Under the pieces are notes generated by a model. It worked only from the letters and a program-made list of their open reading frames with translations. It ran no database searches and was not told where the DNA came from. Positions 13,251 through 27,676 of a DNA stretch of 64,000 nucleotides are shown here, one piece after another; the stretch's first letter is position 1; the number at the start of each line of letters is the position of its first letter. Location of the stretch: the NCBI RefSeq assembly GCF_009914755.1, contig NC_060926.1. One strand, 5' to 3'. A program made the translations under genes and the position numbers. Source of the DNA: the human T2T-CHM13v2.0 reference genome, Homo sapiens.

Positions 13251-13471
13251 CTCAGATGCTTCCACTCTGCTTTCTTCCATGTGCAAACTATTGTGTGCAA
13301 TCCTGTATATGATGATGATAGTATTTTATTTTTTTCTGTCTGAGAAGACTGTTATTTTTCATAAAAGAGAGTTTTCTTATGTGATATGAATTAAGGTTCA
13401 TAAGGTTAGTTTTCGAAGTTGCATTCTTTGTATCAAGAATTTATTTTTCCATTGTTTAAATTATTGGATAG

Positions 13472-13566
13472 ATGTTGCTATCGGAGCTCCACAAGAAGAT
13501 GACTTGCAAGGTGCTATTTATATTTACAATGGCCGTGCAGATGGGATCTCGTCAACCTTCTCACAG
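13472..13566 (+). CDS. ITGA4: ITGA4 exon 11 (DVAIGAPQEDDLQGAIYIYNGRADGISSTFSQ)
   Basis: atag|AT...CAG|gtaagg; 95 bp. Confidence 0.97.
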
Positions 13567-14470
13567 GTAAGGTACTATTCTATTTCCAAAAGAAGCATTG
13601 GTTATAATGCATATCCTTAAAACTTCCAGGGTTTATGTGGACTTATTTTTCTTAATTTTCTCATTCAAATACTTAACACTTTATTTCACCGTTTACTTAT
13701 AGTGGCAAATGATCTTATTTTAAGGGATTAATAACTCTTCAAACTCCCTTTCTCCATAAATAAGAGTTGTAGTTCATTTCCACCCTAGCTTGTCTATAGC
13801 CCATTAAAGATTTCTCTTTGTATTTCATTAAATTGCATTCTGAGGTAATATCCATATGATTCTAAAATATGCCCATTTGGATTTGATTAACTGTGTCTTG
13901 GCCTTGTGGCTAGAGCCCCATATTTTGTGAAGATTGCACAGGGAGATCAAACACACATATGATTCTCTGGGTTTTTTTCACTGTTGAGTAGTAAGATGAT
14001 AGCACTTTAATAATGTCTCAGGATCTTACTCTGACTTCACTTTTGTATGTTGAAAAATCATGGCATTTCAGTGCCTAGAAAAAAATGACATTCATATGCA
14101 GAGAAGAAAAGTTTTTCCCTTGATATTTGCATGGAAATATTAGCTGGCACAGTTATTTTTGATTAGAAAAATGAGCAAATGGTTCTCTGTAATTGACATA
14201 AAAGAAATGTATTTGTCTAGTAAAAAAACTAATTTTCTTAGCACGAATATCAGCTTAATATTTATAAACCTGTATGTGAACATGAAATTAGATATGTGGA
14301 CTAGAAAGTACATATCTGGCTAGGGTTGTTCTTGTTAAAAAGTCAGCTTTTATCAAAAGCCTCAGTCATAGGCTCCACTAAGTGATTATAGACATCTTGT
14401 TTTACAAATTCTTATTTAGTTATTCATGTTGGGCAAGGAAGTAAATAGAGAGCCTGAAGAGACCTAAGGA

Positions 14471-14592
14471 GGCCAGACATGGTGGTACACACCTGTAATC
14501 TCAGCTACTCAGGAGGCTGAGCTGGGAAGACTGCTTGAACCCAGGAGTTCAAGGCCAGCCCAGGTGCCATAGTGAGACCCCCATCTCTAAAA
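14471..14592 (+). mobile_element. Alu monomer (FLAM-like)
   Basis: Single 7SL-derived monomer ending ccccatctctaaaa. Confidence 0.85.
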
Positions 14593-14867
14593 GACTTGAG
14601 AGGGAGTAAAGACTATTTCAGAAAATCTGTACAGCATAATTTTCCCTTTGCTCGCAAAGTAAATTTTTTTAGTCACAAATGTCACCTGTTCATTTCAAGC
14701 TGGAAAAATTTTGTCACCCTTAGAAGTATTTGATTTAACTAAAATGCAGCTTTGTTAGTAGATGTGCCAAGGCATGCCTGGGAAAGCTCATTATTTAGCT
14801 AAATCATTGCTTCTCTGGTATATTAGTATTCAAAAACTACTTCCCACTCAACTTTCCTATTTTTCAG

Positions 14868-14958
14868 AGAATTGAAGGACTTCAGATCAGCAAATCGTTA
14901 AGTATGTTTGGACAGTCTATATCAGGACAAATTGATGCAGATAATAATGGCTATGTAG
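14868..14958 (+). CDS. ITGA4: ITGA4 exon 12 (RIEGLQISKSLSMFGQSISGQIDADNNGYV)
   Basis: ttcag|AGA...GTAG|gtgagt; 91 bp. Confidence 0.97.
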
Positions 14959-15516
14959 GTGAGTAATTAGTTTATCATAATTTATAAATTGGAATAAGCT
15001 CTATCATAGACACTGCTTTATAGTGAAGTACATAAAACTGGTATGAAAGACTTCATCTTACTGATAATTTTTTTTCTTCATTTTTAAAGTTCTCCTTAAT
15101 TCATTCCTAAAATGATCAAGTAATTCCTCAGCTTAACAGTGCTAGTTACACAATGTTATAGTCTGTGTTTTTGAAAACATGAAAGCACTCATGAAAATCA
15201 AATATATGAGGAAAAGAAAGAAAATTTTTATTTAGAAAAATTTGAGTGAATGTTTCTAGTCCAAAAATTGAATTTTGTTTTAGTAAACTTGTTTTTGTCA
15301 TAAAGTTTATGATATATCATAATGGGATGAATGTTGTACATGAATAGATTCAGAGAAAAGTGGAAAGAATCGTAAGATGTTAGCATATATTCTCTAATTT
15401 TCTATAAATAGTGTTTTAGGTAGTCAAAGGTGATACGTAGTTAAGTATTTATGGCTGAAAAATAATTCTCTTTGACTAATGATGATCATTAATCTGTGTT
15501 GTTTTTTATCCTCCAG

Positions 15517-15562
15517 ATGTAGCAGTTGGTGCTTTTCGGTCTGATTCTGCTGTCTTGCTAAG
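15517..15562 (+). CDS. ITGA4: ITGA4 exon 13 (DVAVGAFRSDSAVLLR)
   Basis: ccag|AT...AG|gtaaga; 46 bp. Confidence 0.97.
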
Positions 15563-15928
15563 GTAAGACTGATATATTTCACTGCTTAATTGCAATTTGG
15601 TTTAATTGTAAAATGATGGGAGGTGGTGTTTAAAATCAGCAGTGGTAGTGACCTCATGATGCTCTTTTGGTATTCTGAAGCTTAATTATTGATTTTTAGG
15701 GTATTTTTTTCACCTTACAGAGATATAATTAAATCATCAAAGTCAATATTTTTAGACATTTAAATAAAAAGTTATTTTGCCCTGTGCACAGAAATGTAAT
15801 TAGTATGTACACACATAATAAGACTCATGAAATTACTTGGTGAATGTAAACTGAAAAAACAAACGCATTTCTCTCCTTAAGGAAAAATAATTCTGCAATT
15901 AACATTGCTACTTTTATTTCCTTCTCAG

Positions 15929-16083
15929 GACAAGACCTGTAGTAATTGTTGACGCTTCTTTAAGCCACCCTGAGTCAGTAAATAGAACGAAATTTGACTG
16001 TGTTGAAAATGGATGGCCTTCTGTGTGCATAGATCTAACACTTTGTTTCTCATATAAGGGCAAGGAAGTTCCAGGTTACATTG
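15929..16083 (+). CDS. ITGA4: ITGA4 exon 14 (TRPVVIVDASLSHPESVNRTKFDC...VPGYI; start of thigh domain)
   Basis: tcag|G...ATTG|gtgggt; 155 bp. Confidence 0.97.
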
Positions 16084-16435
16084 GTGGGTATGCCCTACAA
16101 TATTAATGCTTGATGGGGTGCGGTTCATTCATTAATCCCACAATCCTGCTTGGAGCCCTCACCGGTTTTCACCACGGAGATCTTCTTTAGAGCGGGGGAG
16201 AGAAGCTACCTGATGCATGCTTTTCCTCTCCATCTTCCAGATTCTTGCGTTGTTCTAACCAATGAGTTGGGCACATTAGAAGGCTGTAGTTGTTTAGAGA
16301 TTATGAGAAGCAAAGGACATAGTATCACTTGCTATATTAGTTTAAGGTAAACCAACTGAGCTTAACCTGTGAAATCTCTTTCTTCTTGACATTGGATAAA
16401 ATTGACATTTTATCAAGTGTCAATAATTGAGGAAA

Positions 16436-16585
16436 GCCAGGCATGGTAGCTCATGTCTATAATCCCAGCACTTGAGGAGGCTGAGGCTTCAGCCCAGGAG
16501 GTCCAGGCTACAGCAAGCTGTCATCACACCACTGCATTCCAGCCCGGGCAATGGAATGAGACCCTGTCTCAAAAAAATAATAACC
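16436..16585 (+). mobile_element. Alu monomer (FRAM or deleted AluJ)
   Basis: Alu 5' end joined to right-arm end gagaccctgtctcaaaaaa. Confidence 0.8.
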
Positions 16586-18768
16586 ATAAAAATAAATATT
16601 AAAAAAATTGAAGAAGCTAGACTTGATTCTGATTTCTATAAATAATATGCTTGTTAATAATTTACTGCGACTACAAGCTCCTAAGAACCGTCACCTATGT
16701 CCCTCTGTATAGGCAACTCTCAATTATCTGCTCTGGAGAAAGTATCATTGATATAGCTCATCCAAAATATTGTGGTGGGGAATCCCAAATCATGTATATA
16801 TGACTTTATAAGTATTTTTGCTAGCAGATTAATGTTCCTAATTATGTTTTATTTAGGCTAATATAAGAATAACTACTAGTGAAATGAGCCTGTGGTAGGA
16901 GAAGAGCATATCTGGGCATATCATTTAGAGATTAATAATTCACAACGTTTATGATCCCCTATTAGGACCTGTCAAGAGTTTATTGTATTCATGACCCTGC
17001 AGGCTGCTGTTATCTAAACATCGTGAAGGGCCCACATACTTATTAAATAATGCCATGGATATGTAATAGAGGTCTTAGTATGCATTAGGTACACAATGAG
17101 CCTGTACCTGAAAGGTACACAATGAGCCTGGCATCTCTACTTTAGATCAGACTCATTTTTAATAGTGTCCTGGAAAAGTCATGGCCAGAGCTACAGTAAT
17201 AAGAGGGTGGACAAGCCTTCATCTAGTTATTGATTGGAAAATGGCAATTTGAGAGCCTGACCACAGAGTAAATTACACAGTAACACAGACAAGCTGAAGG
17301 ATAATCTGAAAGACACACATTGAGTAGATGACGCTCTTTCCTTTTACATAAAACTAGTGTTTCCTCTACTAACAATTCCATTGTGACCAGATATTTTTAA
17401 AAATAGTTGAAGACAAACATACGAAACACATAAATAATCATCACATTATTGGAGAAGCATACCTTATAATTATCATAAAATGACTCCCAGGAGAAATAAT
17501 TCACATGGCAAGCATGTTTAATAAAACCAGGACATTTTAACTCTTACTAATAGTGGATTTTTTTTCACCTTTTTCATTTACTTTTTTTCTGAACTCAGGG
17601 CAATGAACTTGTAGACAGCTATATCAATTGCAGTGCTATTTCTCTGAGGTATTGAATCTCAGTTATTATAATTTTGAAATCCAATTGGCTTGGACTTCAT
17701 TATTTTCCAACTAAAAAGATGATTGAAGGATTTATTTGAAATGTGTAAAGAGTAATATAGATTTTATGCTTATGTTTCCTTGAAAAAAGTAGGTAAAATT
17801 CTTCTGGAAGTGTTACTCCTAAAATACAAATGAACATGTCAAGAATTACATAAATTCTTTAAACTATCACTTATGAATTATTGCCTCTATGTAGTGAGTG
17901 ACACCTCAGCAGACTATTAGATTTAGCTTGCATGGCAAAGAACTCATTTAGATTCATGAAATGGTTCTCACTTTCTTGGTAAGATCTGGCTTGGACGTTT
18001 TTGTTAATTTTTTCTTTTTTCCTTTTTTTTTTCTTTCAAATTTGGAGATCTTCATGAGCAGATGAATATTTACTATTTCAGATTTGAAATAAACCCTGCC
18101 AAACTGCTAGAATATTTATTGAGAGAATTTTTTAAAAATTGCACAAATTAACACTGGAAGGTCAAACTAGAAACCAATAACACACAGAGGAAGGACAGAT
18201 AATCAGGGCATAAGACTGGAAAGATGACATTTTTAAGAAAACCGTATATATAGATTTGACTAAATCATGTGTTCACTTCATGTATAAAAAAAAGCCTTCA
18301 AATCAGAAACAAATCTAAAATATAAAAAAGTCATATATAAAATTAGTCATATAACCACATAAGATAGAATTATTCCAAGTGACATTTGAGCAAAGTGCTG
18401 TGTCTATACTTCCTTAGTCAATGTTCTGAGAAAAAAAGGAATATGAAACATGCAAGACTTTTATTAGCAACAATTTTTATATTTTTGAAATTTTTATATA
18501 AAGATTAAGCAAATAACTAAAGATTTTAATGTTGTTAATAGAAACCTAGAGGAAAGTTCATAAATCTTTATAAAAGCAATTTTTAAAATTTGTATTTTTA
18601 ATTGTTCCCTCTTTCATATTTCAGGTTAGTCTTTAAAAAGCTGTTTAATAAAGAGAATTCCAGATATTATTTCCAGTAGTCCATATAACTTTAACTATTA
18701 TCACTTCAAAAATAACAATAGATGTATTTCAGTAATTAGATTAATTGCAATTCTCTATATTTTTGCAG

Positions 18769-18923
18769 TTTTGTTTTATAACATGAGTTTGGATGTGAAC
18801 AGAAAGGCAGAGTCTCCACCAAGATTCTATTTCTCTTCTAATGGAACTTCTGACGTGATTACAGGAAGCATACAGGTGTCCAGCAGAGAAGCTAACTGTA
18901 GAACACATCAAGCATTTATGCGG
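18769..18923 (+). CDS. ITGA4: ITGA4 exon 15 (VLFYNMSLDVNRKAESPPRFYF...HQAFMR)
   Basis: gcag|TT...CGG|gtaatg; 155 bp. Confidence 0.97.
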
Positions 18924-20884
18924 GTAATGTAAGCTATTTTTTATTAATGAATATGTGAACTTCAACGTTGTTGATAGAGAGCAACTTATTGTATTGGTAT
19001 CTTTTTATAAAATGTAGATAAAAGCAACTGTAACCCCTCCTGAACTATGACCTGTTGCTCCAGTTAAGGTATGAGACAATCTCAACCCAAGTAATTCAGA
19101 GTCCTCTTATTGTATCATCCTTTTTCACATTTATCACATTTGACCTCATCATTTGAAAACACTTGCCTTTTCCTTTCTAAAATTTCATTTCTCCTATCCC
19201 TCTTTATCTACTTGCCTAGAAATATACATCTTCAGTAGCTCAACTGAGCCTCAAATCTATTCCGTGGTACGTTTTTTGGGGTGGGTCAGGGGAGGCAGGG
19301 AAGTTAGTTTGTTTTTCATACGACTCCAGCGAAGCAGAATCCAACATGACTGCTTTTGGGTTATGTCTTTGTTTCCGTGCCAGCTTTGCCAGTGATGTCA
19401 GTGGGAACTCACACAGTTGTAGCATGGTGGGGATCATCTGTGGGCCAGGACGATAGCTCTCATGATGGTTTGGGGTATGTCCTGCCAAAGCACAGCCGAT
19501 TTCATGTTTCTTTTATTAAAACACTCATTCCCAAACTGATCATCACATTCCTCACATTGGTCAAATTTTATCATATGAAGCTGTGCCAGGTCTTTTTCAT
19601 TAGGGAACGGTGTACTTCATCAGAAAATCTATTGTCACAAAAAACCAAACTATTCCCAGGAGCCCTTTCTGGGATTTCAAATAGTAGCTTCAGCTTAGGG
19701 CTTAATTTTCCCTTAGATACTTATTCCAAGCAAATGCAAGCAAGCATCAAGACTCCAATACGCTATTAAATGCTAAGAGCAATAATCCCCATGCTATTTC
19801 CTCATTTCCCTTAACAGTTTTTATTGTTGTACTAGAATAAACCTATTAGATGGTTCAGAGCCAAAAGTATAGAATATTAATGTAACCATCATTTATATGG
19901 TAGGAATTAAAGAGGTTCTTTTTTTCATGCTTCATAGATGTCGTTTTACTTACCTTAGTCAATTGTAGAGACAAATATTGAAATAATTTTAAAGGCAATA
20001 AAAGGGCCAACATTAGATGTTCACAAAGAAATACATTGTGTTAAATTTGTAAAAGTGATCTGGTTTATTTAGTCCTGTGTTTCTTGGCATCGTTCCTGTA
20101 AATAAGGGATCATCAAAATTGTACAGCTTTTTCGGAGTAAATTTGTAGCAGAAATGATTAGCAGAGGTAAGTGTTGTGTTGCATGTATATTTGTAGTGTT
20201 ACCATGGTTTTGATGGTAGCAAGATTCAGCCATTGCCTTTGTACCATATTGCAAATATTAAATGATAGCACTTACTGCTGGGATTGTACATGGCAGGGAC
20301 TTTTTAAGAAATGCTCGTTTCCTTCAGTATCTTTTTCTCTTCCTAAGTTACCTTGCTTGTGTTTGGAACACTTTTAAAACTCGTATATAGAAAGGCAAAA
20401 AGTTACTCCAACCCTCTCCTTTGTAACAAACCCACACAGAAGATAAGAACCACAGTTGCAGCTACCCTGAACTTGAGTTCTGTCAAGGAGCTGTAGCTGT
20501 TACTTAAGAAGGTATAGGAATGTAATGATTGTACTTTCCCACCTCCACCAGGGTAATAGCCCAAGGCATTAGGAAACATTAACACTCTTAAGTTTCTACA
20601 GTCTGAAAGCATAAGACAGCAACCTGAATTCTTCCATCTTCCTAGAAAAGAAGACGCATAGCGGTTGGGATGCCTGGGTTGCTCCTGTGTTCCATAAAAC
20701 GCATCTGGTACCATGGTACCAGGAGTGGGAATGTTAACATATGTATCTATTTTATCTCTGCATTCCTTACAATGAAATGAAGTGGCACTTGTTAATTATG
20801 TACTGGGGCCCACAACCCCCACTTGTCAGAGGACTCCCTGCCTGTCTGTTGGTTGGACATGGTTTACTTGTGTAGATGTCCCTA

Positions 20885-23240
20885 CTGGCCATTCACTCCA
20901 TTAATTTGATAGGTATTTATTGAGTACCCACATTGTGTCAAATTCTGTATATACCAGTGAATAAGACATAAAAACATCACTACCCTCATGGAGCTTATAG
21001 TCTACTGGGGTGAGAAAAAAATAATATGATAAAAATATACATTTTATAGTATTTTGGAAGATACAGGTGATAAAGGAAAAAGGAGGGCAGAGTACAGAAA
21101 TGTGCAGTGCTGCAGAAGGAGTGAAGCGGAGAATTTTAAATAGGATACTCAGAGTAGGCTTCATTCAGAAAGTGACATCTGAGCAAAGACGTGAAGAAAG
21201 TGAGGAAGTTACCCATGTAGATATCTAGGGCAGTTGTTCTTAGTTTTAGGGTGTAATAGCAACAACACCTGTAGGGCTTCTGAAAACACAAATTGCTGGC
21301 CCCCATCTAGAATCCCTGATTTAGTAGGTCTGCAGTAAGGGCTGAGAATGTGCATTTCTGCAAAGTTCCCAGAGGACCCATACTTTGAGAACAGCTGGTT
21401 CAGGAGAAGAGTATTCCAGCGAGAAAAGCTGAGTCAAAAGGCCTCAAGAATGTACCTGGTTATTTTAAAGAACAATGGGGAGGCAAGGATGGCTAGAAAT
21501 GTAAGCAAAGGGAAGAATGGTGGAACAAGAGATTATATAGAACCTGTGGCTTTTTCTCTGAGAGAAAGGGGGATCTATAACAGCATTTTGGCAGAGAAGT
21601 CACATGATCTAACATACGTATACAAAGGAACACTCTAGCTGCTGTGTTGTGAATAGAGTAGGAGATCAAGATTCGACACATGGAGAAGAGGCTACTGTGG
21701 CAACACAGGTGAGAGGATGGTTCCAACAAAAGTGGTGGCAGTGGATATGGTAAGAAGTAGTTGAAGTCAATTTGCTGACATCCAATTTACAATTTGCTGA
21801 GAGACTGGATGTCTGGCATCTGAGAAAGAGGCTCTGTGATGACTCCAGGGTCTTTAGCCTGAGCCACTTGGAAATGTAGTTTTCATCAATTGAGACAATA
21901 TTGCAGGAGAACACCTTTTGAGTGGAAAATTCTAGAGTTCAGTCGTGGGCCTGCTTAGCTAGAGAGACCTATTTTAAATGTAAATATCAACTAAGGCTTT
22001 GTACATACTCATCTTGAGTTGAGGACAGGCAGAGAACAGGAAAGGTAACTTAATATATCTTTGGCATATGGATGGTATTTAAAGCCGTATTAAGATGGCT
22101 GAGATCAGAAGAGGGCCACCGTCTGTACTCTGGGCCGCTACAACATGAAGAGGTTGGCAAAAAGAGGCCCACAGAGGAGATAAGAAGGTCCAATCAGTAA
22201 GAAAGGAAGAAAATCAACAGTGTGGCATCCTGGAAGTGAAGTGAAAAAAGGGGAAAGCATGATGATGTTTTCTATACTGCAGCTTGATCAAATAAGATGA
22301 GGGCTGAAAACTCAACATTGGATTTATAAGGCAGAGGCTGTTGGTGGTGGTGACAACAGCATTTCAGACATTAGTGGGGGAACGGGGGGAAGGAAAGGAA
22401 TTGGAAGCGTCATAGGTTATTCTTTCAAAAAGTTTTGCCACAAAGGTGACCAAAGAAATGGAGCTGGGGGTCAGTAGCTGAACTGGAGTGAAGAGTTTTC
22501 TGGGGTTTTGTCTTTTAAGACAGGAGAAGTATTAGCATGTTTTTATGCTGATAGGCATGCTGCAATAGAGTGAAAAACTTGGGATATATGTGACAGGGGA
22601 GAAGAGCTGGAACTAAATTCTTGAAGGCAAAAAGGGAAGGATTAAATGTACAAGTGAAAGGGTTGGTTCTAGATAGGCATGTGCATGATTCATCTGAGTA
22701 TGTGCTTGCAGATGCTGGGTAGATGTGGTGATGGGGACTATAGAAGTTCTTGTCTGATTGCTTTAATAATCTCAGTGAACTAAGAAGCAAACTCATCAAC
22801 TGGAGTAGGGATGGAGGAAGTGGCATTTGGAGTTTGGGAAGATGTGAAATAGTCTTCTAGGAGAATGGGAGAGTAACAAAATACAGGATGGTTGTCAGAT
22901 GGTGTTTGGGACCACTTGCACTTATTGTCATAAACTGAGTGTAGCCTGTGTGCTTGTGTTTTTTTTCCCAGTCACATTCAGTCTTGCAGGAGTAGATGAA
23001 GAGTTACAATTAACCAGGGTTGTAGTTTGGTCAAGAGAGTGAAGCAAGCAAGGAGCATGCAGCGGGAGGGAATGTACAAGGGAATGGTTATATTTTTAGT
23101 TGTGAAGTTGAAGCAGGCTAAGGAGGGGAGGGGGCACACCAAGACGGTGAGGGACCAGGAAAGAAATTTGAATTGGAGATCCCAGGACAATCAGCAAATT
23201 GTTGGAATTGACTATTAAACGGATCGAGCTGCAAAGATGG
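20885..23240 (-). mobile_element. Long degraded L2 LINE
   Basis: L2 terminus (cattcact..tatttattgagtaccc) followed by ~2.3 kb of purine-rich L2 body. Confidence 0.75.
21231..21398. mobile_element. MER5A-like hAT-Charlie relic nested in L2
   Basis: gatttagtaggtctg...gctgagaatgtgcatttct...catactttgagaac. Confidence 0.75.
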
Positions 23241-26200
23241 CATAGATATTATAAAATACAAAAGCCCTTGGAGACCTAAAAGTGAGGGAAAGATTGAATT
23301 TTGCTTTTATTTTTGCTGACAATACTTTGATTACCTTATGCAAACAAAAGCCTTTAAATTTACTTACAAAATCCATTGCGTTCTTTGATGGCGGGGAATT
23401 CGGCTGTCAAAAAGACTCCAGATCTTAAGTTTAAAAAATTATTCTCTTTTAATCACAATTCTTTAGTTTTATGCTAGATCTTCTTGGACTAGAGGTGCAT
23501 TTTTAATAGTCTAATAAGGATCTATATCACTGGCATGTAGATTTTTGTTCTGGCATGTTATTTTTCTGAGGCTATGTTTTCATTTATCTGGTTAGTAGGG
23601 GAATCAGTTTTCTTAAGTCTAATCATAATTAAAAGAGTATCACACAGGATTACTTTGCTTAACTGGTCAAAATTTGTTCCTCATAAAATAAGAAAGAAGG
23701 AAGAAATTGTCTTTTTTTTTTTTTTTTTTGCTTTAAAAAAACCTTTGTATTTTAGTTGATTATAATTATGCCAAGCTTTAATTTTGGCCACCAGAGCCAT
23801 ACAATTATTAGATTTTGCTAATGAGTTAGAATGATATTTCTGTAATATAAAGGAAATGGTTAATTTCATTTATATCTTTTAGTGTTTTATCTATTGAAAT
23901 CGTCTTCTATTAGACATTGCTTTTTCCTCTATGAAAAGATGTTTCCCCATTTATGTAAGTATATGAAAAATCTTTGTTTTTGCTTTATTTAAATATACAA
24001 CTTCATCAAATTGTGGAGATTTCTTAGGACAAGGGATAATTTTGAAGCAGTTTTGATTTAGGGAAACCCAAACTGTAACTTGAAGCAGTTTTTAGACATG
24101 TTAGAGCAGCCATGGTAGTGAAACTTCCCTTGAAATTTTGACAGATGATATCTCTTGGTTGAACTTGATGGATCCCTGCATCAAAATATCCACTGATATT
24201 TGAGAGGAGAAGAAGGGTGCTACATTGGGATAACAAAAGAAGCAATGAGATTTCCTGTTTGTCTGCATTTCCAACAAAGCTAGAAATACTGGCTTAGTTG
24301 CTGAACAAAGAATGCCTGTCCCCAGAGATATTCTGAGAGCCAGTGAATTCAGTGGCCTTCGCATGTTTTATTAAAATCATGACATCAATCTACCTGGGTA
24401 GATTAGTTAATTCTTTTCTTTGATTTCTCAAATTTCTGAATTTTAGATTTCTGAAATGTGGGTTTATTTTGTTATGTAAATCTTTAGGTGACTTCTAAAA
24501 CTCATCTTTTTTCCATAGTAGTTTCAGGAAAACGTGTATTTGATTAGTAAATACATTTTTTTGTAATTTTTTATTTCATTTGCTTATATTATTGAGCAAT
24601 ACATGCACATAGTTTAATGAAATGTCATTTACTCCAAAGAAGAAATTTTTTAACAATAGCACACTATGGACTGATTCATATATGCAGACATTTCTGTGGA
24701 AAATCTAAGTGTGAGCAAACTATATCACTGTACTAATATTATGGTATTCTAAAAGTGAATTGATTATTATAACATGTGAATTCTTCATTAGATTGCAAGA
24801 TCTTTGAGGCAGGATATTATCTTTTGCATATTTATATTCTTAGAGCTAGCACAATCCATTACATAAGGCAGAAACAATAAATATTTAACAAATTTATGGA
24901 TGCTATGTTCTTGGTGCTATTTAAAAAATTCTATAAGAAAAATCTGAGAATGTTCTATTGGTATAATGGTTAGGGCATTTGTCTTAGGGGTGCTGTCTTT
25001 TCTCAGGAAATTGTAATGCTAGATGTCTGACTGTTCTGTACCACTTGAGCCAAGCTTACTAGATAAAGGGACTGCAATTATACAAGATGGTGATGGTTCA
25101 GGTACCAACCTGTGTCTTGGTCTCAGCTTTTCCTTCCCGAGCCCTGCATTAGCACCAGAGAGGTGTTTCCAAAATCTAGTCATATTCCTTGCTTAAAATC
25201 TTCCTATGTAAGAGCCTCCCCAGCCCCTTTTATGTGTAGATTAGGTGGCCCTACTTCTTCTGTATTTAGACATGCCTCTGTCAGAATATTCATGCCCCAC
25301 ACTGTCTATGTGGATTTGTGGAACATAGATGGTGACAGGTACTGACTTTCAGTTTTGTATCCCTAGAGCTGCCTTGGACACAGTAGGCCCATGAATAGAT
25401 ATCTTCAAATATTTATTCCTGACATTATTTTTTATTTAGTGATATCTTATAAATTTTTTTGCCCCACCAAGTTAACAGGAGGACATGGGCCTGTTGCTCA
25501 GCTCTCAAGTTGGCCAGAAATACAGATTTCCATGAAAGTCAAGCAAGAAGACAGACGTTATGTAATTTCAGGCATGTGCTAATTTGCATGCTTGTGGGCA
25601 CCCTATTTTATGTAATTGTCCATAAAAATGTGGCATGGAATCTTCATTATTTTTAATATAGATAGCACATGCCCATCCAAATTTTAAAATGTAAACAAAT
25701 CTACTTTTTTACTCCCAAATATTTAATTAATCACTTCAAGACATTTTTGATATTACAGCTTTTGTCCTTAGGTGGAGCTGTTAAAGTTAAATAAGTGTGA
25801 ATATCTGTCAAATACAGTTTTTGCAAGAGTGCATGTACATTTTATATATTGTAAGAAAAGCGTAATTAATAGCTAATTAGGATAATGAAAGTAATATACA
25901 ACAGATGTAGAGAAGACCTTGTGGAAAATTAGTATGAATTAGATAGCATGTGATTTGGTCAAAGTAAGCTTGTTGAGAAGAATTAAAACAGTGGACATGT
26001 GGAGGGACAATCAGTGGCTGTCTAGCTCCTCCTACACCTAGGGAATGATTTAATCAAGTTTGCTATTACTTGAATACTCAGGGCTTCAAGCTGTTCCGTT
26101 TTCACAAGTCGATAACTTGGGATTTGGCCTTGATTTGCAGCATTCCTATACGGTCAAAGTTTCATGTTGAGATGATCACTTACCAAGTAATTTAATATAA

Positions 26201-26439
26201 GAATCTCTGTATAAGAATGGAAAAGTAATCAGGGATCTTGAGTACTCTCAGGCTCCAAATCTTCTAAATACCGTTTAATAAATAGAGCTCTATTCCTTGT
26301 TCTATAACTAATTTTCTATTTAATGTTGATGGTTGGCAGTAGTAGTTCAGTTTTCTTATTCCTTCCAAATGTTCACCAGAATCTCCTATTCTAGGAAACT
26401 GAAATTTAGTAATTTCTTAGTTGGCTTATATACCTGAAA

Positions 26440-26680
26440 TTTGAAGCAACATACAAATCTTGTCAGGTCTGCTTTATGGACATTATGTCATTTAATCATC
26501 ACAACAGTAAGGTATAAGTATAACCACCATAATTGTTATTATTCCTATTTTCAGATAGCACAACTAAGCCATAGACAAATTAAGAAACTTGTCCAATGTT
26601 ATGTAGATAATAAGTGGTGGACCCCAGATTTGAACACCAGTTCTTCACCTTCAGATCACTATTGCTTTTAACCACTATAT
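26440..26680 (-). mobile_element. MIR SINE
   Basis: tcatttaatc..acaac..gtaaggta..attcctattttcagat...aacttgtcca. Confidence 0.65.
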
Positions 26681-27676
26681 ACATAAATTGATAATGTTGT
26701 AAATGAAAAGAGAAAAAAGATTACATCCTTTTTGTTTATAATTACATAAAGACATAGAATAGATATAGTCTTTTATGTGGTGTGTGTCATCTTTATTAAA
26801 TTACTTCGTTGATTTTTATCAAAAGTTACTATATAAATAATATAGCAACACAGCAATAATTTGTGTGATAGGGATTTATTCCCTATTTCTTAAGGATTAT
26901 TAATTGATGAGCTTTGAAAATAATCTATTCCTTATCTGCTTTGGGGCAGTAATGTTTAAGCCATATTGCAATCCTGAAATGTCTATAGATAAATAGAAAC
27001 CTGGTCCACTGACATTACTTAGTAGGAGGTCTGTCAATTGCAGTGTCATGGGTCTACCTTGAGGAACTCATCTAGCATAATATAAACCTTAATTATGGTT
27101 GAAGCTAATATGTCTAGCCTGGGTGAAAATACTAGACTCTTTAATGGTCAAGAGGGAATTTGTTGAATCTATTTTTTAAGATGAGAAGAACTTATAGATT
27201 GAAACAGCCATATGAAAAGTAGAGTCAAAAACTGAGCCTTAAATTATTAGTATGAAAGACATCACAGTCTGTGACCAATTCATCAAATTATCTCCTGCGT
27301 ATAGCAACAATTCTAATACCAAGAAAAACAAAAACTGCATAGATTTTCTCCACTTGTTTCCGTGTAGGTGGGCTATATGTGGTGATGTGAACTGCTCTCT
27401 CATATCCTGAGATCATTTCTACTTTTAATTTTTGCAGTGTCTAAATCTTATTTTATAGATTTCTCATCGACATGTCTTACTTTAGGTTTCTCAATTGAAT
27501 TCTGTTATAAATCCTCTTAGGTTACTTTAGTAGTAAAATCTTATTAGCTTACCCTTTTAGATAAGCAGAAGTCTGTTTTGTTGAGTACCCTTTGAAAATC
27601 ACATTTCTGTCTGCGTAGTGCTTGAACAGGTGCTTTCTAAGAGACACTGTGTTTTATATGCTACCTGATTTTCATA

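Noticed and set aside
19153-19769. Cluster of overlapping 80-137-aa ORFs in intron 15
   Set aside because: No recognisable domain, non-ATG starts and no convincing exon structure; expected by chance.
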